Below are positions 18,639 to 27,167 of a DNA stretch of 64,000 nucleotides, piece by piece. A model generated the notes under the pieces. The model was not told the DNA's origin. It saw nothing but the letters and a program-made list of their open reading frames with translations, and did not search any database. This DNA comes from Candidatus Woesearchaeota archaeon (GTDB taxonomy: Archaea; Nanobdellota; Nanobdellia; Woesearchaeales; GW2011-AR9): NCBI GenBank assembly GCA_018696595.1, contig JABHQW010000001.1:1-64000 (forward strand). Direction: 5' to 3'. Both the position numbers and the translations under genes were made by a program. The stretch's first letter is position 1. Every line of letters starts with the position of its first letter.

Positions 18639-19736
18639 TTAAACATTAAATCCAACAAACTTCTTCTCTTCTTTAACACGATCATATAAATCAATTACCG
18701 CAATTAAATCTTTATCACGAATCATCAGTTCCTCTTTACACATTGGCTTGCCCATTGCAGAAGATTGCATAAAATATTGGATTTGATTAAATGATGCTTG
18801 TTTCAGAACATTAGCAATGTCTGCACCAGTCATTCTACAAGCATACATCATTTCAGATAAACCTTCTGAATTAGTAAGTTGGTAAATTTCTCGGTTCGCT
18901 TTCTCTTCTTTCATTCTCATTTGTTTAACAAAGATATCTTCAACACCAGCTAAGTTGGGTTTAGGGATTTCAACAACATAATCAAATCTGCCTGCACGTA
19001 ACAAAGCGTCATCAATCTTTTCTAAGTAATTAGTAGCGGCAACAAAAATTAGTCCCTCATTGTTGCCCATCCCATCCATTGTTCTTAACCAAACGTTCAC
19101 ACATCTGTCCACAACTTCATGACCATTATGGCTGCCTTTCTTCCTAAACATTTGTTCTGCTTCATCAACAAACAACATTACCTTTCGTTCAGTTTGATGA
19201 TATTTCTTTCTAGCAGAGTTAATCGCAGCTTCCAGATTTTGTTCTGCCTCACCAACATACTTACTAATAATCAAACTCAAAGGCAATTCTAAAAACCAAC
19301 ATCCAAGTTCATTAGACATTGCTTTAGCAATCATAGTTTTCCCTGTTCCGGGAGGTCCGTACATTAACAACCCTTTCGGAGGATCAATCCCGTAGGAAGA
19401 GTAAGCGTAAGGGCAATCAATCCCATACTCAAAATGTTTGATCTTTTCTAAGACAGAATCTAAACCGCCAATATCAGAGTAAGAAGTTTCTTCTTGGCTT
19501 AAAGCGATTTTTAGTGAAGAAGGAGGATTAGATAATTGATGGATTTGTTTTTCATATTTCTCAATAATCTTTTTTTGTCCTTCAATAACTTGATCTTGGA
19601 CATATAATCTATCAGCAATACTTTTAACAAACTGTTCTGCTTCCTCTTCCGAAATCTCTTCATCTTCTTCTATGATTAAATCTTCTAGATCTTCTTCATC
19701 TTCGTTCTCTTCCTTCTTCTTTTTTGGATCAACCAT
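18639..19736 (-). CDS. AAA+ ATPase (CDC48/PAN-like, single AAA module) with acidic coiled-coil N-terminus
   Basis: Walker A GPPGTGKT, Walker B LFVDEAE, SRH AATN...DDALLRAGRFD. Confidence 0.9.
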   Translation of the reverse strand: MVDPKKKKEENEDEEDLEDLIIEEDEEISEEEAEQFVKSIADRLYVQDQVIEGQKKIIEKYEKQIHQLSNPPSSLKIALSQEETSYSDIGGLDSVLEKIKHFEYGIDCPYAYSSYGIDPPKGLLMYGPPGTGKTMIAKAMSNELGCWFLELPLSLIISKYVGEAEQNLEAAINSARKKYHQTERKVMLFVDEAEQMFRKKGSHNGHEVVDRCVNVWLRTMDGMGNNEGLIFVAATNYLEKIDDALLRAGRFDYVVEIPKPNLAGVEDIFVKQMRMKEEKANREIYQLTNSEGLSEMMYACRMTGADIANVLKQASFNQIQYFMQSSAMGKPMCKEELMIRDKDLIAVIDLYDRVKEEKKFVGFNV

Positions 19737-19745
19737 TTTCTAACT

Positions 19746-20063
19746 CTAATCTTTATGATAATGTATAGGTACAATTTTTTTCTCCTTACCAGAATAATAA
19801 AAAGTTCTAATTTCAGCACAATCTCCAAGTAATAAATGAGCACGCTCCATTTGACTGACAGCTTTATCATAACCATCATTAGATTTTACTTCATAAATAT
19901 CCCAACAGTCTCCATTAATCCCCACTAAATCTAACTCGCCAGCGTCGTTTCGAGAAGGAGGCATACGATAAACAACATTCTTCATTACAATTTGATACTG
20001 ATCTCTAACCAAAAGTTCAAGTTCGTCTAATGCTTGATCGTGTTTATTTTTTCCGTGGCTCAT
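19746..20063 (-). CDS. Small PD-(D/E)XK nuclease-fold protein
   Basis: GELDLVG...IYEVKS motif. Confidence 0.55.
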   Translation of the reverse strand: MSHGKNKHDQALDELELLVRDQYQIVMKNVVYRMPPSRNDAGELDLVGINGDCWDIYEVKSNDGYDKAVSQMERAHLLLGDCAEIRTFYYSGKEKKIVPIHYHKD

Positions 20064-20148
20064 TCTTCTTCACCGGTTTCTTTCTCTTTTCCTCTTCATA
20101 AGGAGGCAGGTGGTCGTACCATTGCAACCATTTTTTTCTTCGTCTCAT
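20044..20148 (-). CDS. Possible 34-aa basic peptide MRRRKKWLQWYDHLPPYEEEKRKKPVKKNEPRKK
   Basis: Manually translated; fills the gap between co-oriented ORFs. Confidence 0.35.
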   Translation of the reverse strand: MRRRKKWLQWYDHLPPYEEEKRKKPVKKNEPRKK

Positions 20149-20151
20149 TTT

Positions 20152-20361
20152 TTAATGATCATTCTCCAGATATTTTTTTGCTGAAAAGATGTACACCTTG
20201 CCATTAGGAAAATATTGACACCCTTTCTCCTCACTGAAAAGATAAGTTGTAAACTCATCATAACCAAAAGGAACATCCATTTCTCCCAGTTCAGTTTTTA
20301 CGGGAACGTTCAGGTAATGAAATTCTTCAACGACTTCTTGCAAAGATTTGTATTCAACCAT
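20152..20361 (-). CDS. Hypothetical protein
   Basis: 69 aa; start overlaps the upstream stop codon. Confidence 0.6.
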   Translation of the reverse strand: MVEYKSLQEVVEEFHYLNVPVKTELGEMDVPFGYDEFTTYLFSEEKGCQYFPNGKVYIFSAKKYLENDH

Positions 20362-20609
20362 TATTGATCACCACAAAAATAGATGTCGTGTTCTTTTGTG
20401 CGGACGTAAAAACACCCAAAGAGATCATTCAATTTTTCATCTGAACATCCACAATAGACCTTACGCCCTTCTTTCTTCTTAATTACCAAGTTGCATTGTT
20501 CAGAAATTTCAGGATAAGCAAGATCGCACAAATTCAAAGTTTTTTTCTCACTACAACCAACTAAGGATAATGCCAATGTAAGTCCAACAATTAATTTGTT
20601 CAGACTCAT
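20361..20609 (-). CDS. Small Cys-rich putative lipoprotein
   Basis: Signal peptide with LVGC lipobox; five further Cys. Confidence 0.6.
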   Translation of the reverse strand: MSLNKLIVGLTLALSLVGCSEKKTLNLCDLAYPEISEQCNLVIKKKEGRKVYCGCSDEKLNDLFGCFYVRTKEHDIYFCGDQ

Positions 20610-21424
20610 AGGCTCACCCGAATTTCATGTTTTGTCCCATCTAATTTCAAAAGTGGACTACCTTTTCTCATCGGCTCTAAAGATTTCATGTGTGCATAAC
20701 TACCCCAATGATTCAAATAAGACCCAGTAAGAATGAAATGTTTCTGCGCCTCGATAACTTTCTTGTTTCTTAAATCTGCAGAATAAAAATTCTTCACATG
20801 ATGACTTAGTTGATGTAAATGACCCATGGCGTAAACTTCTGCCTCTGCTAAGTTTGCCAGATCAATAACACCTTTTATTTTTGTATGTGGCATTCTTGCT
20901 CCGGAAGCGCCGTGAGTAGTGTACAAGGTATATCCTTGTTTTCCCACCAAGAAATAATGCATTTTTCCCCAACCAAAGTAAGGAACGTCTAACTGTTTAG
21001 CCATGATTTTAGAAAGATTTAATCCCGCCTGATTGTAAACACGATTCTCATGATTACCAGGATGTAATCCTAGAATTAATCCATTATCTGCTAATGGTTT
21101 GTATATTCCCAAAAAGTGATCTAATTGTTGTTCTAATATTTCATCTTGTTCATACACCCCAGCACCAACAGAATCACGCGTAGCAGTTTCTAATTGGTCA
21201 CCCATTAGAATTATTGGAATCTCTTTCTCATAACAATGTTCCAACACTTCTTTATGCATATCAGCATCATAATATCTTGACCCGATATGTTCGTCACCAA
21301 TTAACATCACACTTAATTTTTCAACATCAAACTTGCGATAATTTAACGTCGGCTTTAATTCATTTTTTGCAGCAGCTTTTTTCATTGATTCCCATTCGGA
21401 AATCTTATCTGATAGTTCACCCAT
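20606..21424 (-). CDS. Calcineurin-like metallophosphoesterase
   Basis: GDEHIG, GDQLE, GNHE, THG, GHLH. Confidence 0.9.
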   Translation of the reverse strand: MGELSDKISEWESMKKAAAKNELKPTLNYRKFDVEKLSVMLIGDEHIGSRYYDADMHKEVLEHCYEKEIPIILMGDQLETATRDSVGAGVYEQDEILEQQLDHFLGIYKPLADNGLILGLHPGNHENRVYNQAGLNLSKIMAKQLDVPYFGWGKMHYFLVGKQGYTLYTTHGASGARMPHTKIKGVIDLANLAEAEVYAMGHLHQLSHHVKNFYSADLRNKKVIEAQKHFILTGSYLNHWGSYAHMKSLEPMRKGSPLLKLDGTKHEIRVSL

Positions 21425-21433
21425 TTTTCACCA

Positions 21434-21444
21434 CCTCTAGCGAG
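21434..21444 (-). promoter_or_regulatory. CTCGCTAGAGG motif, copy 2, fused to SD
   Basis: TAA-ACTCGCTAGAGGTGGTGAAAA-ATG between two genes. Confidence 0.75.
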
Positions 21445-21445
21445 T

Positions 21446-21691
21446 TTATTCATTCTTCCAATTCTTAATCACATTGTACGGCCACTTTGATTGTAGTTCT
21501 TCCATCAATTCACGGTAATGTGTTATAACCCCACAATCATTGCACGCATATTCGTAACGAAAATTATATTCTCCTGATTCGTTTCTTTTCTGCCCTAGAT
21601 ATTCAATGTTACCCTCACATTCACGACAACTAAGATCGTAAAATGTAGGAAAATCAATCAATTGTTGCTCAAATTTTTTGTCAAGAGTCAT
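21446..21691 (-). CDS. Small zinc-ribbon protein
   Basis: CRECE ... CNDCG. Confidence 0.65.
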   Translation of the reverse strand: MTLDKKFEQQLIDFPTFYDLSCRECEGNIEYLGQKRNESGEYNFRYEYACNDCGVITHYRELMEELQSKWPYNVIKNWKNE

Positions 21692-21694
21692 TTT

Positions 21695-21705
21695 CCTTTA
21701 GCGAG
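21695..21705 (-). promoter_or_regulatory. CTCGCTAAAGG motif, copy 3, fused to SD
   Basis: AAACTCGCTAAAGGAAA-ATG; TTGTC/GACAA inverted repeat at 21712-21731 upstream. Confidence 0.75.
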
Positions 21706-21740
21706 TTTAAATTGTCCTGCCATATTGACAAGACCATTCT

Positions 21741-22625
21741 TTACATTCTACATTCTTCAAAATGGTCATCAATATTCATTATCACATAATCAGTAATTTC
21801 ACAAATAATTTTTGAGTCCATAGCGATAGCTAGTCCTGAATTCTCCCGATGAAAAGGGCCACCAGCATTGTGAATTAAGTAAGCGCTGATGATTCCAGCC
21901 CAATACAATTGATCGTCTTTTTTAACAAAGAGAGCCCCACCAGAATTTCCAGGGTTAGCAGTGAGATCCAATATCTTTCTTGAAGAGTTTGGTACAGTAA
22001 TACCATTTACTTTATCTTCAAATTCATAATGAAACGGATAGTTACCCGGATTAGCGACTATACCTCCCGTAGTTGCAGGAAACATTCCTAAAGGATATCC
22101 GACCAGATAAACTTCTTCACCATACCTTAGATCTGAACTTAGTTGAAGATTATTCTCGGGAAGAAAGTTTAGTCTTTGATCCGTTCTTAGAATGGCTAAG
22201 TCCAATTCCTCAGATTCAAAAACAATTTCTAAAGGGATGTCATCATCTTTATTATTGTCAAACTTCGAATCAATAATTTTAATATCAACTTTAGTTCGAT
22301 CATATTTAGTTCCATTAACGTTCTGTTCAAAACCCCCAACAACATGTTGATTAGTAATTAAGTAAGAGTAACCATCAACGTCACGATAAGCAAAACTAGA
22401 ACCATATCCTCCGGCGTTGAATGTGTTTCCAGCCTGATCCTGATATTCTCTTTCTGAAAGTAAACAGTATGTGGAAGAGATTAAATCATCTAATGTAACT
22501 TCTTTTTCTGAGATTTCATGAGTGGCGCCATAGTTATTAATGGGAACATGTTGCATTGGCACACAAGCTGTTCCTGTTCCCACCAATAATGTTGCGGCTG
22601 CAATTAAGTTAACAAGTTTATTCAT
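21741..22625 (-). CDS. Trypsin-like serine protease, secreted/lipoprotein
   Basis: Catalytic triad TNQHVV, LDLAIL, PGNSGG; signal peptide ending TAC. Confidence 0.9.
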   Translation of the reverse strand: MNKLVNLIAAATLLVGTGTACVPMQHVPINNYGATHEISEKEVTLDDLISSTYCLLSEREYQDQAGNTFNAGGYGSSFAYRDVDGYSYLITNQHVVGGFEQNVNGTKYDRTKVDIKIIDSKFDNNKDDDIPLEIVFESEELDLAILRTDQRLNFLPENNLQLSSDLRYGEEVYLVGYPLGMFPATTGGIVANPGNYPFHYEFEDKVNGITVPNSSRKILDLTANPGNSGGALFVKKDDQLYWAGIISAYLIHNAGGPFHRENSGLAIAMDSKIICEITDYVIMNIDDHFEECRM

Positions 22626-22633
22626 TCATATCA

Positions 22634-22644
22634 CCTTTAGCGAG
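22634..22644 (-). promoter_or_regulatory. CTCGCTAAAGG motif, copy 4, fused to SD
   Basis: AAACTCGCTAAAGGTGATATGA-ATG. Confidence 0.75.
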
Positions 22645-22656
22645 TTTTTTTGATTC

Positions 22657-22765
22657 TCAAAAATGGAAATGGTTTGTATACGGGGCACGGCGGACATCGT
22701 ACTCCCTTAGAGTACCCGCCTCAGCAAGCTAGGGCCCCCGTATACAACTAACACCCATTTTTTGA
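22657..22765 (-). ncRNA. Structured intergenic element E1 (candidate ncRNA / cis-element)
   Basis: Nested helices AAAAATGG/CCATTTTT, TTGTATACGGGG/CCCCGTATACAA, GGCGG/CCGCC, GTACTC/GAGTAC; GC-rich in AT-rich DNA; strand inferred from similarity to E2. Confidence 0.6.
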
Positions 22766-22803
22766 TTTGATTTTAATGGTGGATTAACATCCAAACTTTA
22801 GTT

Positions 22804-23322
22804 TTAATCAGTTTCATTCTTATTCAGGATCCCCACCAGTCCACGGTATTGTGGATCATCGTTTTCTTTTTTTGAACGTAAAATGTTGGAGAGGGTGGAA
22901 GAATAACAAGCAGTAGCTAAACCGGCCATAACTGTGCCCATCTGATTATCACCAAGAAAATAATATCCTGCTGAAAGACAAGCCGCCAGTGTTCCGGCTA
23001 CTGGTTGAAACTTCTTGATAACTTCCACGGAATCTTGGTTAGAATATCTGTCACCCATAATTGCACTCATTCCGGAAACAGCTAAACCCAATCCCAAAAA
23101 AATGTTGTAGGGAAAAGTTTCACAGGCAGCTAAAGCAACTGTAAATCCCCCAGCAGCAGCAAGATCTGAATAGACTGCTAATCGTTCATACTTTCTATCT
23201 TGGACAGCTGTAATTTCTTCTAAGGAAACAAGCTCCTCTTTTTTATCTGGTTTTTCTTTCCACCCCAATTTCCAAATAGAACTTCCCCTTTTAGCGAGAT
23301 TTTGATGAGGAAGCACCCTCAT
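22804..23322 (-). CDS. Hypothetical membrane protein
   Basis: Two pairs of hydrophobic segments; start uncertain because the ATG lies within the hairpin at 23305-23322. Confidence 0.65.
   Translation of the reverse strand: MRVLPHQNLAKRGSSIWKLGWKEKPDKKEELVSLEEITAVQDRKYERLAVYSDLAAAGGFTVALAACETFPYNIFLGLGLAVSGMSAIMGDRYSNQDSVEVIKKFQPVAGTLAACLSAGYYFLGDNQMGTVMAGLATACYSSTLSNILRSKKENDDPQYRGLVGILNKNETD
23287..23298 (-). promoter_or_regulatory. CTCGCTAAAAGG motif, copy 5
   Basis: Preceded by perfect hairpin ATGAGG-N6-CCTCAT; lies inside the 5' end of the predicted ORF. Confidence 0.6.
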
Positions 23323-23508
23323 TTTTTTTGTTTACACTTCTGACTTACATTAATGTGAATAGTGTAATATAATGATAAACATGTCGAGAAGATTTTTTAT
23401 CGATTTGCAGTTTTAAGTTTGAGAAAGTTTTGCTAGAATAATTCTTAGTTATAAAATGCTAAACATAATTGAGAAAAAAGTTTCTTAATAAAATGAAAGA
23501 AAAAAATA

Positions 23509-24270
23509 CTAATTTTTTACAAAGATATATCTGTCAGCTACTCTTCTATCAGGCATACCTTCTCGCATTACTTCTCTATATGCTGCCCATTTTTTTTCAA
23601 ATGAATCATTTGGATCTGCTCTTAGAACACCTTGATCAACATACGAAAGAACTAGATCCCTAGTAAATTTAAATTCAGTTGGTTTTAGTCTTTCAAATTC
23701 AGCAGCGTCTTTCATAGGTTGAAATAAATCTTCTAAATTTCTAGAAACGACAACCCTATTATCATTCTTTCTTCGATCTTTTTCAACAAAATCTATTGAT
23801 CCCCATAAGGTAAACTGGTTAGGTTGTTCGTACATTTCAGATGCATTCCCGTGATAATCATTTGCCAAAATATATCCTCCAGGTTTTAAATGTCTAGAAG
23901 CCCATTCTGTTGGAATTGCCGGATTTAATAAAATCAATAAATCATGTAAATCTTGAGGAGAATATGTTTTAATATCTTGCTTTAATGCTTGAAATCCTGC
24001 TTCTTGAAGTTTTTTTACACAACCTTCACTTCCTTTCTCAATGTCTACAAAGGTAACATCATCAAAAACTTTTACAGGACTTGCATCAAATCCACAAGAA
24101 GGATATAAAACAGATTGAGGATTAAAAACTTGATTACAAAAAGCAGTATATATTGTTATCAGATCATCTGAAAAGTATATTTGAGGTTCTTCTCTAGGGG
24201 TATCATCATTATCTGCAGGAAATTCAAAATCATCTGGAAATCCTTCAAAGTCATCATTATTATCTGTCAT
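23509..24270 (-). CDS. Hypothetical protein with class I SAM-methyltransferase-like core
   Basis: VLYPSCGFD, TFVDIE, DLLILLNP, LKPGGYILA. Confidence 0.5.
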   Translation of the reverse strand: MTDNNDDFEGFPDDFEFPADNDDTPREEPQIYFSDDLITIYTAFCNQVFNPQSVLYPSCGFDASPVKVFDDVTFVDIEKGSEGCVKKLQEAGFQALKQDIKTYSPQDLHDLLILLNPAIPTEWASRHLKPGGYILANDYHGNASEMYEQPNQFTLWGSIDFVEKDRRKNDNRVVVSRNLEDLFQPMKDAAEFERLKPTEFKFTRDLVLSYVDQGVLRADPNDSFEKKWAAYREVMREGMPDRRVADRYIFVKN

Positions 24271-24417
24271 GTTAGTGTTTGATTTTATTGCCTTTATAAA
24301 TTTTGTGGTCGTTACTACTCTCTTGTGAATATTAACTAAGCAGTCATTTCATAATACCACTAAGTTGACAATTTTTAAACCAAAAATCTTAAAAAACAAT
24401 CTGGTAAAAGTACAACT

Positions 24418-24879
24418 ATGACAAATAACTTAACACCGCTCTGCCAAATCAACGGCGGATGTATGGGCTGCTGTGGGCATGACTTCATCTCTAGAGAAAA
24501 AATCAAAGAAGCGATTAGATTGAACACCTTAGAATTTGAAAACAAAAGCCCCAGAGTTAAAGCACAGTTTCTTGCATTTAGAGATCGTGAACACCCCTCT
24601 AACTTAAGACACGGAGTTTGTAGAAATCTGATTGAAAAGAATGGGAATATTTTTTGTCCATTACATCCAACCCTACACAATTCAGATTTAAGAGAAAATC
24701 ATTGTGATATCAAGCATCTTTGTGGTACTGCTAAGAAGTATGCTGAATGGGATAAAGAGAAACAAGAAAAGTTTTTAGAGTTTGTTAAAAGTAAAAATAT
24801 TGATAATCTGGAATATTCTATGCAGATGGATAACGGAACTTTGTTAGAGGAATTCGAGAGATTATTCTTTTCTTTCTAA
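24418..24879 (+). CDS. Cys-rich hypothetical protein (YkgJ/CxxCxxCC-like)
   Basis: GCMGCCG, CRNL, CPLHP, HCD..HLC. Confidence 0.6.
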   Translation: MTNNLTPLCQINGGCMGCCGHDFISREKIKEAIRLNTLEFENKSPRVKAQFLAFRDREHPSNLRHGVCRNLIEKNGNIFCPLHPTLHNSDLRENHCDIKHLCGTAKKYAEWDKEKQEKFLEFVKSKNIDNLEYSMQMDNGTLLEEFERLFFSF

Positions 24880-25347
24880 TTTTTTCGTGGGGCTGAATGA
24901 GCTTGTGAATGAACGCCGTACATCGCTCCCAGTTCGCGAAAGAACTGTTAGAGGAATTTGAAAGTCAAACTTTCTAAGTAAGATTAAAGAGATAATTATT
25001 ACTGCCACCGAAAACATCAATCCAAATATTAATAAGAAATTCCAAATCCAAGAAGAAGTGGTTTCTGTTAATACTAAAATCAAACTAATGATAAAAATAA
25101 TTGATTGAGTTATTAAATAAAAATAAGGCAAAGCATGTGCCAGGTCATCAACTCTATGATGGTGGAAAAAAGAAATTGCTTGAATATTAAATACATAGAA
25201 TAGAATTATCAAAACAATCATTCCGTGAGTTAACAGATTATCTACTCGAAACAATCCCAATAAATTATCAAGAATTCCTAAGATACCAAAGGTTAGGGCT
25301 AAGTATAAATAGATTCTAAGGAAACCTCTTTTTGATGTTGTTGCCAA
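24862..25347 (-). CDS. Hypothetical four-TM membrane protein
   Basis: Hydrophobic segments; TTG start with GAGGT SD. Confidence 0.7.
   Translation of the reverse strand: MATTSKRGFLRIYLYLALTFGILGILDNLLGLFRVDNLLTHGMIVLIILFYVFNIQAISFFHHHRVDDLAHALPYFYLITQSIIFIISLILVLTETTSSWIWNFLLIFGLMFSVAVIIISLILLRKFDFQIPLTVLSRTGSDVRRSFTSSFSPTKKLERKE
24915..24955 (+). repeat. Copy of the rpl7ae 5'-leader hairpin element
   Basis: TCGCTCCCAGTTCGCGAAA (19 nt exact) + N + AACTG..AGAGGA shared with 40801-40839 (minus strand). Confidence 0.8.
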
Positions 25348-25431
25348 ACGTTAATACCTCACTACGAGTTCAAAAAGACGCCAAAAATTTATAAAATTTT
25401 TATTGTCTTTTTTGATGTCATGATAATAAAG

Positions 25432-25659
25432 TGGGCCTACAGGGACTTTCAAATCTCCAGGAAGATTTGTAGTCTCCTAAAGGATATTTGAACCCTGATC
25501 AACCGGTATCAACCCAAACTCTTCTTAAATAATTTGACTGCAGGGAAAATCCTGTTTTGATCAAACTTTTTTTAAAAATTTGGTCCGAAGCCGGCCGCAC
25601 TTTTTGGCTAGCGCCTAAACTTTGTCTGACGCCAAGTATCCAGGTTATGCTATAGGCCC
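25432..25659 (-). tRNA. tRNA-Arg(TCG) with three introns: D-loop (25601-25636, 36 nt), anticodon loop 37/38 (25508-25584, 77 nt), T-loop ~59/60 (25446-25486, 41 nt)
   Basis: Removing the three segments leaves a 74-nt cloverleaf: GGGCCTA/TAGGCCC, GCAT/GTGC, GCCGG-CTTCGGA-CCGGT, CAGGG-TTCAAAT-CCCTG; splice sites may be off by 1 nt. Confidence 0.9.
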
Positions 25660-25703
25660 ACAATAAAAGGATAAAAGAAGAAGGTATTTTTAAAGTTATT
25701 GTC

Positions 25704-26354
25704 TTATTCAGTAATGTGTGGATTTCTTAACTGATAAAACTTGTGTTCTTCATGTTTGATCACTCCATTTAAATAACCTATTTCAACCAATCCATCACAA
25801 ACTTTTTCTAAACATTCTAAGGGAAGACGTTCATCAAAAGAAAATAAAGTTTCAACAGGAAAACCCGATTGTTCATCTCCATTTAAAATAGAATGGGGAA
25901 TGTTTTCTTCAACCAACTTTTGCACATAAACAGATCTCATAATAGATTCAACTTTAGTCCAAAAAAGAGCCCCATTTTTCCAAAGTACCTTACAACCTGT
26001 TCTATCAGCAACTTGACGGTCACGAGGAGAAATATTTCCAGTAATATATCTAAAATTTATTTGTCTTTCATTTTTACGAAATAAAACCCCCATTTGTTCA
26101 GGAGCTAAAGATTCTGTACTACCTTCTTCTAAATAACCAGAAGCGTCAGGAAGCCTCATGTCTGAAAATCCCCCCCTAGGGAAATTTCCTGTCGAGGATA
26201 AGTAAAGTAAAGCGTCTTTTCCTTTAGTAAAAGATTTATAAGATAATTCTAATAAATCGGCTTTTGCTTCTAATAATTCCAAGATACATTCCTGATCGTC
26301 CAAAAACATTAAATCAATTCCTCTCCTAGCCATGTTTCTATTATGAAGTGACAA
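25704..26354 (-). CDS. Response-regulator receiver domain protein with C-terminal wHTH-like region
   Basis: FLDD, FSDMRLP (phospho-acceptor Asp), YITG, LWK; likely start ATG 26333. Confidence 0.6.
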   Translation of the reverse strand: MSLHNRNMARRGIDLMFLDDQECILELLEAKADLLELSYKSFTKGKDALLYLSSTGNFPRGGFSDMRLPDASGYLEEGSTESLAPEQMGVLFRKNERQINFRYITGNISPRDRQVADRTGCKVLWKNGALFWTKVESIMRSVYVQKLVEENIPHSILNGDEQSGFPVETLFSFDERLPLECLEKVCDGLVEIGYLNGVIKHEEHKFYQLRNPHITE

Positions 26355-26416
26355 TTGATATTTAAATGTTTCCAGCCAAAAAGTTAATAAATGAAGTAAA
26401 TAAAAGTAGGATTATT

Positions 26417-26571
26417 GCCCCGGTGGCCTAGTGGCTATGGCACCTGACTTGTAGCCAACTATCTACTATGTTTACAATAGTAAAGAAAGCATGGTAAGAT
26501 ATCAGGAGATCGCGAGTTCAACTTCCGTTAGGGAGTTACAATCCCATGGATTGAAAGTCTCGCTCGGGGCT
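26417..26571 (+). tRNA. tRNA-Thr(TGT) with anticodon-loop intron (26454-26500, 47 nt) and T-loop intron (~26523-26557, 35 nt)
   Basis: Spliced 73-nt cloverleaf: GCCCCGG/TCGGGGC, CCTGA-CTTGTAA-TCAGG, GCGAG/CTCGC. Confidence 0.9.
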
Positions 26572-26600
26572 CTTTTTTCTTTTGTTACTCTAAAGTAATG

Positions 26601-26622
26601 AAATAAACGAAAGATTTATAAA
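26601..26622 (+). promoter_or_regulatory. BRE-TATA promoter AAATAAACGAAAGATTTATAAA
   Basis: Archaeal BRE+TATA consensus; 21/22 identical to 31859-31880. Confidence 0.7.
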
Positions 26623-26672
26623 TCAAATTTGTTTCTAGATCATATCACACTAATTATGAGGAAAATAATAAA

Positions 26673-27155
26673 ATGACAGATACAGGAATGGAATTAACAC
26701 AATCGCATGAACATGCATTAGAAACTGCAGTTCACCAATTTGGAATTGATTTAGTACCAATTGGTAGAGCTTATATAGATAGTTTAAATCACGAAGATTT
26801 TAGAGAAAGCGGAGTTTATGTTCTTTTTAGACCATTAGATGTAAATCCAGAATTGGGAGATTATAAAGAAAGGTTAGAAATGCTTACTAGAACTTATCTT
26901 CCTGGAGCTACAGAAGAATTTTTACAATTAGAAACTGATCGAAGAGAACTTTCTACTCAGTTAACTACAAGTAGAATGGGACTTAATAAACGAGAAATTG
27001 CTGATTATGAAAAAAGATTTCCTTTAGGTAAAAGCCGAGGTTATGAAGTTTTTGTAAAAGGCGGAAGAGGAAGTATTGACGTTTTAGCATTAAGAGAAAC
27101 TAATACTATCCACACAGCAGAAATGAAAGATCATGATTTAGTTCCTTACGAATAG
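26673..27155 (+). CDS. Hypothetical protein
   Basis: 160-aa ORF after promoter and GAGG SD. Confidence 0.7.
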   Translation: MTDTGMELTQSHEHALETAVHQFGIDLVPIGRAYIDSLNHEDFRESGVYVLFRPLDVNPELGDYKERLEMLTRTYLPGATEEFLQLETDRRELSTQLTTSRMGLNKREIADYEKRFPLGKSRGYEVFVKGGRGSIDVLALRETNTIHTAEMKDHDLVPYE

Positions 27156-27167
27156 AGGTAAAATAAA

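Larger units (their letters stand above)
18273..23312 (-). mobile_element. Putative integrated accessory block bounded by a 13-bp direct repeat TTTTGATGAGGAA
   Basis: Repeat at 18273-18285 and 23300-23312; co-oriented small genes; holds all CTCGCTA copies; no integrase seen. Confidence 0.35.

Noticed and set aside
18425-23298. CTCGCTAAAGG copies as CRISPR repeats or as preQ1-I/SAM-II riboswitches
   Set aside because: Spacing is irregular (260-3000 nt) and the copies flank whole genes. The hairpin + A-tract + GCTAAA..GG layout resembles those riboswitches, but the loops lack the length and complementarity needed for the pseudoknot.
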